DNA of 64,000 bases from Mesotaenium endlicherianum (Eukaryota): the NCBI GenBank assembly GCA_009602735.1, contig WELA01002708.1, positions 124,001 to 188,000 on the forward strand. The letters run 5' to 3'. Positions 31,261 to 40,720 of the stretch are shown here, piece after piece. The notes beneath the pieces are model-generated. The model saw nothing but the letters and a program-made list of their open reading frames with translations, made no database searches and was not told where the DNA came from. A program made the position numbers and the translations under genes. Each line of letters begins with the position of its first letter. The stretch's first letter is position 1.

Positions 31261-31911
31261 TCAACGGGCGCCGAATAACAGACTGCCGATCCTTACCAGG
31301 GTACTGCCTTCTTCGATGGCAATGGTATAATCACTGCTCATGCCCATGCTCAATACCGACCAGGGCTGTTGTGTATTTTTATACTGATCGAACAAAGATT
31401 TGAGGACGTGGAATTCTTCACGCAATTTGGAGGTATCGTTGCTGAAGCTGGCCATGCCCATCAATCCTTTTACCTGTACGTGTTGCAAGGTATCCAATGC
31501 AGCTACTACTACGCTTAGTTCCTGTTCATCGAGTCCGAACTTGGTTTCTTCCTGTGCAATATGCACTTGCAATAAACAATTGATCTTTCTATTGCATTTA
31601 GCGGCCTGCTTATCGATCTCTTTGAGCAGCTTAAAACTATCTACGCCATGTATGAGGTGCACAAAGGGCGCTATGTATTTTACTTTATTGCTTTGCAGGT
31701 GGCCAATGAAATGCCAGCGGATGTCTTTAGGCAGTATCGCTTCTTTCTCAGTCAGTTCCTGCACATAATTTTCACCGAAATCACGTTGTCCCAAATCGTA
31801 CAGCGTTTGAATATCGGCTGCGGGCTTGGTCTTGCTCACTGCTACCAGTGTAGTATGACTGGATGACAGGGTTCGTAAAACGGATTGGTATTGGGCAATA
31901 TCCACCGGCAT
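31261..31911 (-). CDS. yggS: YggS family PLP homeostasis protein
   Basis: AVSKTKP, FGENYVQE, WHFIGHLQSNK, LSMGMS...VRIGS. Confidence 0.96.
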   Translation of the reverse strand: MPVDIAQYQSVLRTLSSSHTTLVAVSKTKPAADIQTLYDLGQRDFGENYVQELTEKEAILPKDIRWHFIGHLQSNKVKYIAPFVHLIHGVDSFKLLKEIDKQAAKCNRKINCLLQVHIAQEETKFGLDEQELSVVVAALDTLQHVQVKGLMGMASFSNDTSKLREEFHVLKSLFDQYKNTQQPWSVLSMGMSSDYTIAIEEGSTLVRIGSLLFGAR

Positions 31912-31924
31912 GAAAGGGTATGGT

Positions 31925-33097
31925 TTACTGCAAATGTAAGTGCATCCGTTTTCTCCATACCAGGTTTTCCAATAACAGCAGGTTATTATAAGCCGGACAA
32001 TAATAATAGAACCGGGTAATACCGGAAGCGCCAGCCCAACGTTTCAATGGATCGGGAAACATCGAAGCGATGTTAGCGATGAAGAAAGAAAAAGATTCAT
32101 CTTCTGCCAGTTCGTTCAGCGTTCCATTGAGCGGCAATGTTATTTCGGGAGGCTGCACGCCCCAGCGCATCAGGGCCGTACTCAATAATATTTGTTCAAG
32201 AAACTGTTGATTCGTTGCCAGTTCTTTCTGTGCATCAGCAACCAGTTGAGGTTTGTAATGTTCCAATGCAGGTATGGGTTTTACCGACATCAACCGTGAC
32301 AGGTGATACAGGATGATTGAACTTTTGCGGTAATGCGGAGATACATACGAAGCCGCATCGAGGTGACGGCGTTCTTTCAGTACGCGAACGATCAGATCGA
32401 GGCTGGCAGAATCGGCCGCTGTCCATGAGATGTTGTACGATTGCATCATATACAGCACATTCGACAATACGCAGATGTCAAAATCCACCGGCATTTTCTT
32501 GCCAAACCAGGTAGAATAGGCGCCCATATTCCTGTATGCTTTGAATGTATTCTTCACCTTGCCGGCATCGTTGTTCGTGAATGACTGCATCAATTGGTGT
32601 ACCTGCTTAACGGTTGAATCGGCAGCGCCCATGGCCAGGAGAATAATCCCGGTATCGTCAAGATCATCGGGCAATGCCTGGCTTTTATTGAAGTGATTGA
32701 TCCATCCCGAATAAGGAAAAATGGCAGGCGTATCTGTAGGCCAGAAATTATAAGTAGGTCTTCCACTGCGGTTGCGGAATTTGGCATAAGCCGGTATGGT
32801 GCGATCAATGATGCGACCGGCAATCCTTTGTTGCGTTGTATCCAACCATGGTTTTATGTCGCGCAGTGTCATGGCGATGAGCCCGGTAAAAAAAGGATTC
32901 ACATCGGCCTTATACCTGTCTTTATTCCATGCATACAAACGGTAAGAAGGAAAAGATCCGCCAGGAAATATGCCATTCTCTTTCACCTGCAACTGCTCTA
33001 TGCGTTGCAGCAGCTTTTGTACAAAGAGACTATCCTGCCCTGCTGCAATTGCTTGCAAAAACATGCAGCAGCACACTATCAATGGCCATCGATACAT
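31925..33097 (-). CDS. Hypothetical exported protein with DxDD motif (possible alpha/alpha-barrel, terpene-cyclase-like fold)
   Basis: Signal peptide; LPDDLDDTG and DFDICVLSNVLY segments. Confidence 0.7.
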   Translation of the reverse strand: MYRWPLIVCCCMFLQAIAAGQDSLFVQKLLQRIEQLQVKENGIFPGGSFPSYRLYAWNKDRYKADVNPFFTGLIAMTLRDIKPWLDTTQQRIAGRIIDRTIPAYAKFRNRSGRPTYNFWPTDTPAIFPYSGWINHFNKSQALPDDLDDTGIILLAMGAADSTVKQVHQLMQSFTNNDAGKVKNTFKAYRNMGAYSTWFGKKMPVDFDICVLSNVLYMMQSYNISWTAADSASLDLIVRVLKERRHLDAASYVSPHYRKSSIILYHLSRLMSVKPIPALEHYKPQLVADAQKELATNQQFLEQILLSTALMRWGVQPPEITLPLNGTLNELAEDESFSFFIANIASMFPDPLKRWAGASGITRFYYYCPAYNNLLLLENLVWRKRMHLHLQ

Positions 33098-33145
33098 GAC
33101 GCAATAATAACAAATACTGTTCGATCGTCATCCAGTCCCCTTGAA

Positions 33146-33224
33146 CGTCATCCCGAGCGCAGCCGAGGGATCTGCACGAATGCTCAGCAGGTCCTTCGAC
33201 TCGCTTCGCTCGCTCAGGATGACG
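33146..33224. repeat. CGTC-type palindromic intergenic repeat, copy 2
   Basis: CGTCATCCCGAGCG...CTCAGGATGACG; extra partial left end ATCGTCATCC at 33124-33133. Confidence 0.92.
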
Positions 33225-33244
33225 ATATAAGAAGCGACGATTGA

Positions 33245-34408
33245 TTATTTGAGTATGCTGCGACTGATCACAATGCGTTGTACCTCGCTGGTACCTTCAT
33301 ATATCTGCGTGATTTTGGCATCGCGCATGAGGCGCTCTACATGGTATTCTTTTACGAAACCGTATCCGCCGTGTATCTGTACCGCTTCAGTGGCTGTCCA
33401 CATAGCCGTTTCACTCGCATACACTTTGGCCATAGATGAACTTAAGCTGTAGTCGAGGTTCTGGTCTTTTTCCCACGCGGCTTTCAAACACAACAGCCTG
33501 GCGGCTTCTATGCGTGTGGCCATATCGGCCAGCTTGAACTGGATGGCCTGGTGATGCATGATCTCTTTACCAAAAGCTTTTCGTTGTTTACTATAAGCCA
33601 ATGCTAATTCATAGGCGCCGCTGGCAATGCCCAATGCTTGTGAAGCGATGCCTATTCGTCCGCCGGCCAGTGTTTTCATGGCAAAAGTGAATCCGAATCC
33701 GTTCGCTCCTATCCTGTTCTCTTTGGGCACTTTTACATCGGTAAGCAATATGGTATGGGTGTCGCTTCCGCGGATACCCAATTTGTTTTCTTTGGCGGCC
33801 ACCGTTACGCCCGGCCATTTTTTTTCTACGATGAAAGCATCGATGCCTTTGCTTCCTTTCGATGCATCGGTCTGGGCCATCACCAGGTACACAGATGCGG
33901 AAGATCCATTGGTGATCCAGTTCTTGGTTCCACTCAACAGGTAATGATCGCCTTTGTCTTCTGCAATGGTACGCTGACTGGTAGCATCACTTCCGGCTTC
34001 CGGCTCGCTCAGCAGGAAAGCGCCGATGTATAATTCACCGTCCTTACGGCCTTGTGCAAGGGGGGTGAGGTATTTTTGTTTTTGTTCTTCGGTTCCGTAT
34101 GCTTCGAGTCCCCAGCACACCAGGCTGTTGTTCACGCTCATGCAAACGCTCACGCTGGCATCTACCTTGCTGATTTCTTCCATGGCCAGCACATAACTCA
34201 CCGTATCCATGCCGGCGCCGCCATACTGCGGATCTACCATCATACCCATAAAACCCAGTTCGGCCAGTTTTAAAACCTGCTCACGGGGAAATTGTTGTTT
34301 TTCATCCCTTTCAATAACGCCAGGCAAACATTCGGTCCTTGCAAAATCGCGGGCCGCTTTCTGGATCATCAGGTGTTCTTCACTTAACTGGAATTGCATG
34401 GTTTTCAT
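33245..34408 (-). CDS. Acyl-CoA dehydrogenase (short/branched-chain type)
   Basis: LSEPEAGSDA, GTKNWITNG, QIHGGYG, IYEGTSEVQ. Confidence 0.96.
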   Translation of the reverse strand: MKTMQFQLSEEHLMIQKAARDFARTECLPGVIERDEKQQFPREQVLKLAELGFMGMMVDPQYGGAGMDTVSYVLAMEEISKVDASVSVCMSVNNSLVCWGLEAYGTEEQKQKYLTPLAQGRKDGELYIGAFLLSEPEAGSDATSQRTIAEDKGDHYLLSGTKNWITNGSSASVYLVMAQTDASKGSKGIDAFIVEKKWPGVTVAAKENKLGIRGSDTHTILLTDVKVPKENRIGANGFGFTFAMKTLAGGRIGIASQALGIASGAYELALAYSKQRKAFGKEIMHHQAIQFKLADMATRIEAARLLCLKAAWEKDQNLDYSLSSSMAKVYASETAMWTATEAVQIHGGYGFVKEYHVERLMRDAKITQIYEGTSEVQRIVISRSILK

Positions 34409-34466
34409 TTGAGGGCCCAAAAATAAGGATTGACGCTCACAAACCTAACAATTGTTAGCATGAGTG

Positions 34467-35288
34467 CTACATATATTTTTTTTCCAGGTTGTATAAGACG
34501 CTTTTGTCTTTATCGTTCATCGTTTTAGTGGTATCCTGCAGGAAATGCCGTTTGAAAGCCTGTATGGCTGCTGAAGTGTCCCTTATATCATAACCAATGA
34601 TACGCAGCGCCCCGATATGGTTGAAGTCGGCCGGCGCGGGCACGAGCGCCTCATCCTGCCACAATCCGAAACCTTGTTCAGCCAGTTTTTTCCAGGGAAA
34701 ACGGTAATTGGGATCGTTCTTACGCGTGGGCGCAATATCACCGTGACCAATGAAGTTGGCGGTAGGGATACCATAATTCTTTTTGAGACGGGAAAGCAAA
34801 CTGAGCAGGCTGTTGATCTGTAAACTGTCGAAGGGCTCAAAGCCGTTGTTATCGAGTTCAATACCGATAGAAGCTGAATTGATATCACTGTAATTGCCCC
34901 ATTTACTAATGCCTGCATGCCAGGCACGCAGGTAATCATTGAGCATGTGGTGGATGGTTCCGTCTTTGCAGATCACATAGTGTGCGCTGACAGCCGTACG
35001 GGGCAACGTAAACGTTCGCAATGTTTGCTGACAGGAATTTTGTGCGGTATGATGGATGATCACAAAACCGGGCTTGCGCATATTGAAATTGGTGGTACCT
35101 ACCCAGAACGGTGGCACACGCATGGAATCGGAAAAAGCCGTTTCAACCGGCATCGCGTTCAGAGTACTGGCATAATCTTTTGATTGTTGCCTGTACGACC
35201 TGTTGGTAGTGGCATAAGGATTGCGCGAACAGGCAACAACAAAAACGGGTAAAAAGTAAACAGTGATAGATTTCAGTATCAGTTTCAT
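34467..35288 (-). CDS. N-acetylmuramoyl-L-alanine amidase (amidase_2) lipoprotein
   Basis: Lipobox VVAC; IIHHTA, VSAHY, AWHAG, SIGIEL, GHGDIAPTRKNDP. Confidence 0.94.
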   Translation of the reverse strand: MKLILKSITVYFLPVFVVACSRNPYATTNRSYRQQSKDYASTLNAMPVETAFSDSMRVPPFWVGTTNFNMRKPGFVIIHHTAQNSCQQTLRTFTLPRTAVSAHYVICKDGTIHHMLNDYLRAWHAGISKWGNYSDINSASIGIELDNNGFEPFDSLQINSLLSLLSRLKKNYGIPTANFIGHGDIAPTRKNDPNYRFPWKKLAEQGFGLWQDEALVPAPADFNHIGALRIIGYDIRDTSAAIQAFKRHFLQDTTKTMNDKDKSVLYNLEKKYM

Positions 35289-35345
35289 AATCAAAACATG
35301 TATTAAAATGAAAAGTACTGATATCTTTGAAACAAAATGCATACC

Positions 35346-35951
35346 ATGTCATTACAATTGGGAAGAACCGTATTTGGAGATCCTGCCAACAAAGGCCGGG
35401 TATTGTCGCGTGAAGACGCATTGGAACTGTTCAATAGTTGGGTACTGAACCCAAAATTGAAACTGCACATGTTACAGGTAGCCGCATTGATGCGTAGCTG
35501 GGCAGCCGAAAAAGAGCAGCTCGATGAAGCGGGTCAATGGCGTTGGGAACTGGCAGGATTATTGCATGATGCTGACTGGGACCAGTGGCCCGATCTGCAC
35601 TGTAAAAAAATTATCGAAGAACTGGAACAACGCCAGATAGATCCTGAAATCATAAGGGCTATTGCTTCTCATGGTCACCTGCATTTCGGGGTGATACCCG
35701 AAACACAGATGGATAAGTTATTGTATGCATTCGATGAGTTATCAGGGTTGATACATGCCTATTCATTGATGCGTCCCGGCGGTTACGAGGGTATGGATCT
35801 GAAAGGTGTTAAAAAAAGACTCAAAGAAAAATCTTTCGCGGCAAATGTATCCAGGGAAGATATTGCAGACGCCTGCGAAAGGGCCGCTATTCAGCTCGAT
35901 GATTTGATCCAATTCATTATACCCCGCCAGGCTTTGGTAGCCGAAAAATAA
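35346..35951 (+). CDS. HD-domain hydrolase
   Basis: H...GLLHDAD...H...IASH...DELSG, KEKSFAANVSR. Confidence 0.88.
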   Translation: MSLQLGRTVFGDPANKGRVLSREDALELFNSWVLNPKLKLHMLQVAALMRSWAAEKEQLDEAGQWRWELAGLLHDADWDQWPDLHCKKIIEELEQRQIDPEIIRAIASHGHLHFGVIPETQMDKLLYAFDELSGLIHAYSLMRPGGYEGMDLKGVKKRLKEKSFAANVSREDIADACERAAIQLDDLIQFIIPRQALVAEK

Positions 35952-36010
35952 AATTACCCCAGGAAGCAACCGGTTGCCTATGAGGATCGTATATCCTTAA
36001 AACCTTTCTT

Positions 36011-36451
36011 ATGGACAGAAGAAAATTCATTGGCGATCTTGGTTCTCCGGTATTGGCTGTTTGTGCAGTATGTTTGGGCGCTTGCAGTAAAGGCGGTAAT
36101 TCCCCCTCCAACGGCAATCCAGGTGGTGGCGGTGGTGTTAACTTTGCTGTCAACCTTAATTCGCAACTGCCGAATGTGGGTGATTCACTGGTACAGAGCG
36201 GTGTAATTGTAGCAAGAGTAGCTGCTGGAAATGCTGTTTCTTCTTTCGCAGCCGTGCAGGTTGCCTGTACACACCAGGGCAATCCTATCAATTATAGCAG
36301 CAACGGAAACAAGTTTGTTTGTCCAACCCATGGATCCCAGTTCAACACTAATGGCAGTGTCATCAATGGCCCTTCAACCGGTGGAACCATCACCGCCCTT
36401 AAAGTGTATAATATAGCCATTAGCGGCTCTACTATGACAATCACAGGATAA
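36011..36451 (+). CDS. Rieske [2Fe-2S] domain lipoprotein with twin-arginine-like signal
   Basis: MDRRKFI; LGAC lipobox; CTHQG and CPTHGSQF ligand boxes. Confidence 0.9.
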   Translation: MDRRKFIGDLGSPVLAVCAVCLGACSKGGNSPSNGNPGGGGGVNFAVNLNSQLPNVGDSLVQSGVIVARVAAGNAVSSFAAVQVACTHQGNPINYSSNGNKFVCPTHGSQFNTNGSVINGPSTGGTITALKVYNIAISGSTMTITG

Positions 36452-36550
36452 TTTTTCAATTCGGCAATTCGACAATTAAATAATGATTGAGGGGATGTTA
36501 AATTATTAATTCACCATTGTCGAATTGCCGAATTACCAAATTGTCGAATT
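36450..36550. repeat. AATT-octamer-periodic palindromic element, copy B
   Basis: Perfect 19-bp inverted repeat 36458-36476 / 36516-36534; AATT every 8 bp in both arms. Confidence 0.9.
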
Positions 36551-37586
36551 ATTTCGGTTCTTGCTGACTGAGGCAATGAAAACTGCCAAGCCCCCATATA
36601 ATGTCGGTAGAATCAATGCCTACTACTTCCCTGCTTGGGAAAGTTGCTGCAATGATGGACAACGCCTCGTCGTCTTTCCTGCACTGGTAAGTAGGAACGA
36701 TCACGTGTTTGTTGCTGATATAAAAATTGGCATACGATGCAGGTAAACGCTGGTCTTCATACACCACTGCATCGGGCATGGGCAATTCTATGATGTTGAG
36801 TTGCTTACCGCTGAGTAAGCGCATTTGTTTTAATTGTTTGAGGTTGGTTTGCAGCAATTCGTAGTTTTCATCCTGCTTATCGGTTTCCACTACGGTTAGT
36901 ACCGTGTCTTCGTTCACAAAACGGATGGTATCATCGATATGTCCATCGGTATCATCGCCTACGATCCCTTCATCTACCCATAATACCTGTTCCATACCAT
37001 AATAATCGCAGAGGTATTTTTCTACCTGCGCCTGGTTGAGATGCGGGTTACGGTTGGGATTGAGCAGGCAACAAGTAGAAGTGAGTATCGTTCCTTTACC
37101 ATTGAATTCTACTGACCCGCCTTCCATTACAATACCAGGATGATATACCGGGATGTTGAAATGTTTGCCAATTAATGTGGGTATCACATCGTCCAGCTCA
37201 TAAGGAGGGTATTTGTTGCCCCAGGCATTGTAGTTCCAGTCAACGATTACTTTTCTTTGTGCGGCATGAGGGTTGACGAGGAAAGCAGGGCCATGATCCC
37301 TGCACCAGGCATCATTGGTGGGGTGCAGGAAAAATTCAACCTGCTGCATATCAACGCCTGCTTTTTGCAACTGTTCAACAGCAAAAGCTTTCATGGCTTC
37401 ATCTGTTACATTGATGCGCACTTTCTCGCTCAATGCGAGGTATTTCACAAACAATGAATAGTTCGGATAGATGGTATGGATCTTACCGGGCCAACTGGCT
37501 TCTTTATGTGGCCAGCTGAGCCAGGTGGCTTCGTGCGGTTCAAATTCTGCCGGGAAATAATAACCGGCTTCTTTCGGTAATTTCAA
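36549..37586 (-). CDS. aguA: Agmatine deiminase (peptidyl-arginine deiminase family)
   Basis: PAEF, DAWCRDHGP, EGGS, DTDGHIDD, ASYANF, GSFHCLSQQ. Confidence 0.93.
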   Translation of the reverse strand: MKLPKEAGYYFPAEFEPHEATWLSWPHKEASWPGKIHTIYPNYSLFVKYLALSEKVRINVTDEAMKAFAVEQLQKAGVDMQQVEFFLHPTNDAWCRDHGPAFLVNPHAAQRKVIVDWNYNAWGNKYPPYELDDVIPTLIGKHFNIPVYHPGIVMEGGSVEFNGKGTILTSTCCLLNPNRNPHLNQAQVEKYLCDYYGMEQVLWVDEGIVGDDTDGHIDDTIRFVNEDTVLTVVETDKQDENYELLQTNLKQLKQMRLLSGKQLNIIELPMPDAVVYEDQRLPASYANFYISNKHVIVPTYQCRKDDEALSIIAATFPSREVVGIDSTDIIWGLGSFHCLSQQEPK

Positions 37587-37600
37587 ATGATGTAGTTTAA

Positions 37601-38476
37601 TCAGTCTTCGTCGATGTATCTTTTGGTAACGGGCTGGTAAGAATCGATACGCCTGTCGCGCATGAAGGGCCAGTGTGTTCTGTAACGATCGGTTGCAGTG
37701 GTATCGATCTCAACAACGGCCACTTCTTCTGCATCATGCGATGCTTTGTACAATAAGCTGCCGAAGGGATTGCTCACAAAAGAACCGCCCCAGAATTTCA
37801 TGGCGCCGTTTTGCTCGAGTCCTACCCTGTTTACGCTCACTACGTGTACACCATTGGCCACTGCATGGCTGCGCTGGATGGTTTGCCAGGCATTGTATTG
37901 TTCTGTATTGGTGGCTTCATCCTGCGAAGTAGCCCAGCCAATGGCTGTGGGATAAAATAATATTTCCGCACCCATGAGCGAAGTGATGCGCGCAGCTTCG
38001 GGATACCATTGATCCCAGCAGATCAACACACCCAGTGTGGCATATTTTGTTTTGAATATTTTATAGCCGAGATCGCCGGGCGTGAAATAGAATTTTTCAT
38101 AGTAAGCCGGGTCATCGGGGATATGCATTTTACGATACTTACCTAAGTACGTGCCATCGGCGTCAAGCACGGCTGTTGTATTGTGGTAAAGTCCCTGCGC
38201 CCTCTTTTCAAAAAGCGAAGCAATGATCACCACGTTCAGCTCGGCAGCTACTTTGCTCAATGCATTGGTAGAATCGCCCGGTATGGGTTCGGCCAACTGG
38301 AAGTTCTCATAATCTTCCACATCGCAGAAATACAGCGAAGTAAACAATTCCTGCAAACAAACGATCTGTGCGCCTTTGGCCGCCGCTTCCCTGATCTTTA
38401 CAATGGCTTTGGCAAGGTTCTCCGCTTTGTTGGCGGTACAACTGGTTTGCACCAGGCCTATTTTTACTTTTGACAT
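37601..38476 (-). CDS. aguB: Carbon-nitrogen hydrolase, probable N-carbamoylputrescine amidase
   Basis: LQELF, YRKMHIPDDP.YYEKFYF, ICWDQWYPE; adjacent to agmatine deiminase. Confidence 0.9.
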   Translation of the reverse strand: MSKVKIGLVQTSCTANKAENLAKAIVKIREAAAKGAQIVCLQELFTSLYFCDVEDYENFQLAEPIPGDSTNALSKVAAELNVVIIASLFEKRAQGLYHNTTAVLDADGTYLGKYRKMHIPDDPAYYEKFYFTPGDLGYKIFKTKYATLGVLICWDQWYPEAARITSLMGAEILFYPTAIGWATSQDEATNTEQYNAWQTIQRSHAVANGVHVVSVNRVGLEQNGAMKFWGGSFVSNPFGSLLYKASHDAEEVAVVEIDTTATDRYRTHWPFMRDRRIDSYQPVTKRYIDED

Positions 38477-38484
38477 ATTCTTTC

Positions 38485-38597
38485 AATTAGTCAATTTGAC
38501 AATTCGGCAATTCGACAATGAGATAATTAACCAATTCTACAACTTGTTTGAGTAATATATACATTATCAAATTGTCGAATTGCCGAATTGGCTAATT
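38485..38597. repeat. AATT-octamer-periodic palindromic element, copy C
   Basis: AATT/AATG at 38485, 38493, 38501, 38509, 38517, 38525, 38533; right arm at 38570, 38578, 38586, 38594. Confidence 0.9.
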
Positions 38598-38601
38598 ATA
38601 T

Positions 38602-39333
38602 TCAGGTTGTTTGTTGAATAATCGAATCGAAACTCTTCAATCCCAATACTTTCTCAGAAATATATCCTTCTGCATAAGCAACGCCTATTCTTTTACCCAG
38701 CATCATGGCGCGCGCTTTTACTGTTTCCATGAATTGCGGGGTGGAGATATAGGTTTGGGGTTCATCGGTACCCGGACTGTTGAACTGTGTGGTATAGGCC
38801 AGCACCGCTTCAATCTTTTTCTCCATGAAGACCGAAATATCTATCACAAAAGAAGGCTGTATGAAGCGGTCCTGGATATAATGGAACACATATTTGGGGC
38901 GCCAGGCTTCCTGTGGCTGGCCCTTGCTGTCTGTTGTTTCTATCTTACGCAGTCCGGCCAGGAATGCGGCATCAGCCACCAATTTGGCGCTGCGACCGTG
39001 ATCGGGATGGCGGTCTTCGGGTGCGTTGGCCAGTACGATCTCCGGTTGATATTGCCGGATGGCGGCAATCACTTTGCGCAGGTGGGCTTCGTCGTTCAGG
39101 AAAAAGCCGTCGGCCATGCCCAGGTTCTCCCGGATGTGCAGGCCCATGACCTTTGCAGCCGCTGCTGCCTCGGTTTTACGGGTGTCGGCAGTACCGCGGG
39201 TACCCAGTTCTCCCCTGGTGAGGTCAATGGCCCCCACTTTTTTACCTTCTGCAATAGCTGCCATGAGTGTGCCTGAGCAGCCCAGTTCTATATCATCGGG
39301 GTGAACACCAAAAGCCAGTATATCTAATTTCAT
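38602..39333 (-). CDS. bshB1: Bacillithiol biosynthesis deacetylase BshB1 (PIG-L family)
   Basis: HPDDIEL, DLTRGELGTRG, DRHPDH motifs. Confidence 0.9.
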   Translation of the reverse strand: MKLDILAFGVHPDDIELGCSGTLMAAIAEGKKVGAIDLTRGELGTRGTADTRKTEAAAAAKVMGLHIRENLGMADGFFLNDEAHLRKVIAAIRQYQPEIVLANAPEDRHPDHGRSAKLVADAAFLAGLRKIETTDSKGQPQEAWRPKYVFHYIQDRFIQPSFVIDISVFMEKKIEAVLAYTTQFNSPGTDEPQTYISTPQFMETVKARAMMLGKRIGVAYAEGYISEKVLGLKSFDSIIQQTT

Positions 39334-39363
39334 TAATAGTATGATTGTAGGCCGCAAAGATAT

Positions 39364-39729
39364 TTATACATTTTCCAAAATAAAATTTCCATCCACTCCC
39401 AATTTCTCGTGTACCGCTTTCAGGAAAGGAATATCAGGCTTTCGTTTGCCATTGAGTATTTGGGAAAGTTTTGCCGTTCCCATATTCAGCATTTCCGCAA
39501 GCTTGGCTTGCGTAATATTCATTTCATCTATCTTCTCCTGTACAATGGAATTAACGGTTACAGGCAAAGGCATAATTTCTAAAACGTGATCTTCGTAATA
39601 TTCAATAGCTTTTGACAGTTCTTCAATCTTAGTGGCGTCCCTGGTTGTAATATTTTTTTCACCCTTATTCATAAGGGCATACACTTCATGTAAGGCCTTC
39701 TTGTATTCTTTGTTGTTCGTAATTTTCAT
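39364..39729 (-). CDS. higA: HigA-type antitoxin with Xre HTH
   Basis: N-terminal I...EY..AL...LM...YE; TQAKLAEML...LSQILNGKRK HTH; follows higB. Confidence 0.9.
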   Translation of the reverse strand: MKITNNKEYKKALHEVYALMNKGEKNITTRDATKIEELSKAIEYYEDHVLEIMPLPVTVNSIVQEKIDEMNITQAKLAEMLNMGTAKLSQILNGKRKPDIPFLKAVHEKLGVDGNFILENV

Positions 39730-39735
39730 AACCCT

Positions 39736-40050
39736 TTATTTATACGTAATATTTCCCGCTCCAATAGTTTTATTAACCCTGTCATACTCTTTATGCGTAC
39801 CGAACCAAAGAATAAAAACAGTGCGGGCTTTGAATATTATCAACGTTATTAACTTGAAGTCATTCCCCTTAATATTAAAACAGTACCTGTCATTTCCCAC
39901 TGCATCTACACTATTGAAGTACTTTTTTACGTCGGCAAAGTTTTTCCAGTCCACTCGTTTCGTTATATCATACCACGTATTCAATGGGTCGGCCGCTGTT
40001 GGGTACTTTTTCGCATAGCGTTCAATAGTAGTTTTGGAAATGATGACCAT
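39736..40050 (-). CDS. higB: HigB-type mRNA interferase toxin
   Basis: IIS...L..W...W...D...FNIKGN.FKLI...WFGTHKEYD. Confidence 0.92.
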   Translation of the reverse strand: MVIISKTTIERYAKKYPTAADPLNTWYDITKRVDWKNFADVKKYFNSVDAVGNDRYCFNIKGNDFKLITLIIFKARTVFILWFGTHKEYDRVNKTIGAGNITYK

Positions 40051-40152
40051 TTATGCAAATTTAAGAAAATGAAATAATTTAGAAAAATGAAATAAAAGTA
40101 TATAAAATAGCCCGAAAAGGCGGCTGAAACGCAATAAGTCCGTCGGCAGCAA

Positions 40153-40616
40153 TCTGCTGCATGTTAAGTGGAAGTTTACAACATAACAGGTAGAAATGTG
40201 TCGTACGGCAAGCAGAGATTCGCCGCGTGGCAGGTGATTTTGTTTCGCATAGCAAATAGAAATATGCTGGAACTTAAGTGGGGATCTGCCGCTTAGCAAG
40301 TGAAGGACCATCACCTGTTGAACAGATATTCGCTGCACACCGGGTGAGGAAGTGCCAATTGGTACGCATCTATATACGGCTCATTGCTAATGGAAACAGG
40401 CGGCATAGTAAGCAGCAGCCCCTGGCCTGTTCAATGAACAAGCTTCGCATGGTAAGTGAAGATTCTCCGCACAACAGGCAACACGCCTCCACCTAATTGG
40501 TGAAAGATTACCGCTTGTTCGATGGAAATATGTCGTTTGTTCAGTGGGAATATGCCGCTTAATGAGTGAAAATTCACCGCTGAGTTAGTAAAAATTCGCC
40601 ACTCAGTCAGCAAAAT
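40153..40616. repeat. Degenerate 22-bp-period tandem array, about 21 quasi-palindromic units, non-coding
   Basis: Manual alignment in 22-bp register, e.g. TCTGCCGCTTAGCAAGTGAAGG (40285), TATGCCGCTTAATGAGTGAAAA (40551), TTCACCGCTGAGTTAGTAAAAA (40573); one 24-bp unit at 40373. Confidence 0.82.
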
Positions 40617-40720
40617 ATTTGCACTTACGTCGTGTAAACTTGGCGCTAACCATGTTTGGAACTTTCACAAATGGTGTTCTGGCCATTCTACGTTATTCAT
40701 TAACTACCTCAGACAGGTCG

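Noticed and set aside
40153..40616. 22-bp array as a CRISPR or TIGR-type guide array
   Set aside because: No invariant repeat alternating with unique spacers, the unit is too short, and no cas or Nop-domain gene is in the window; kept only as an unexplained array
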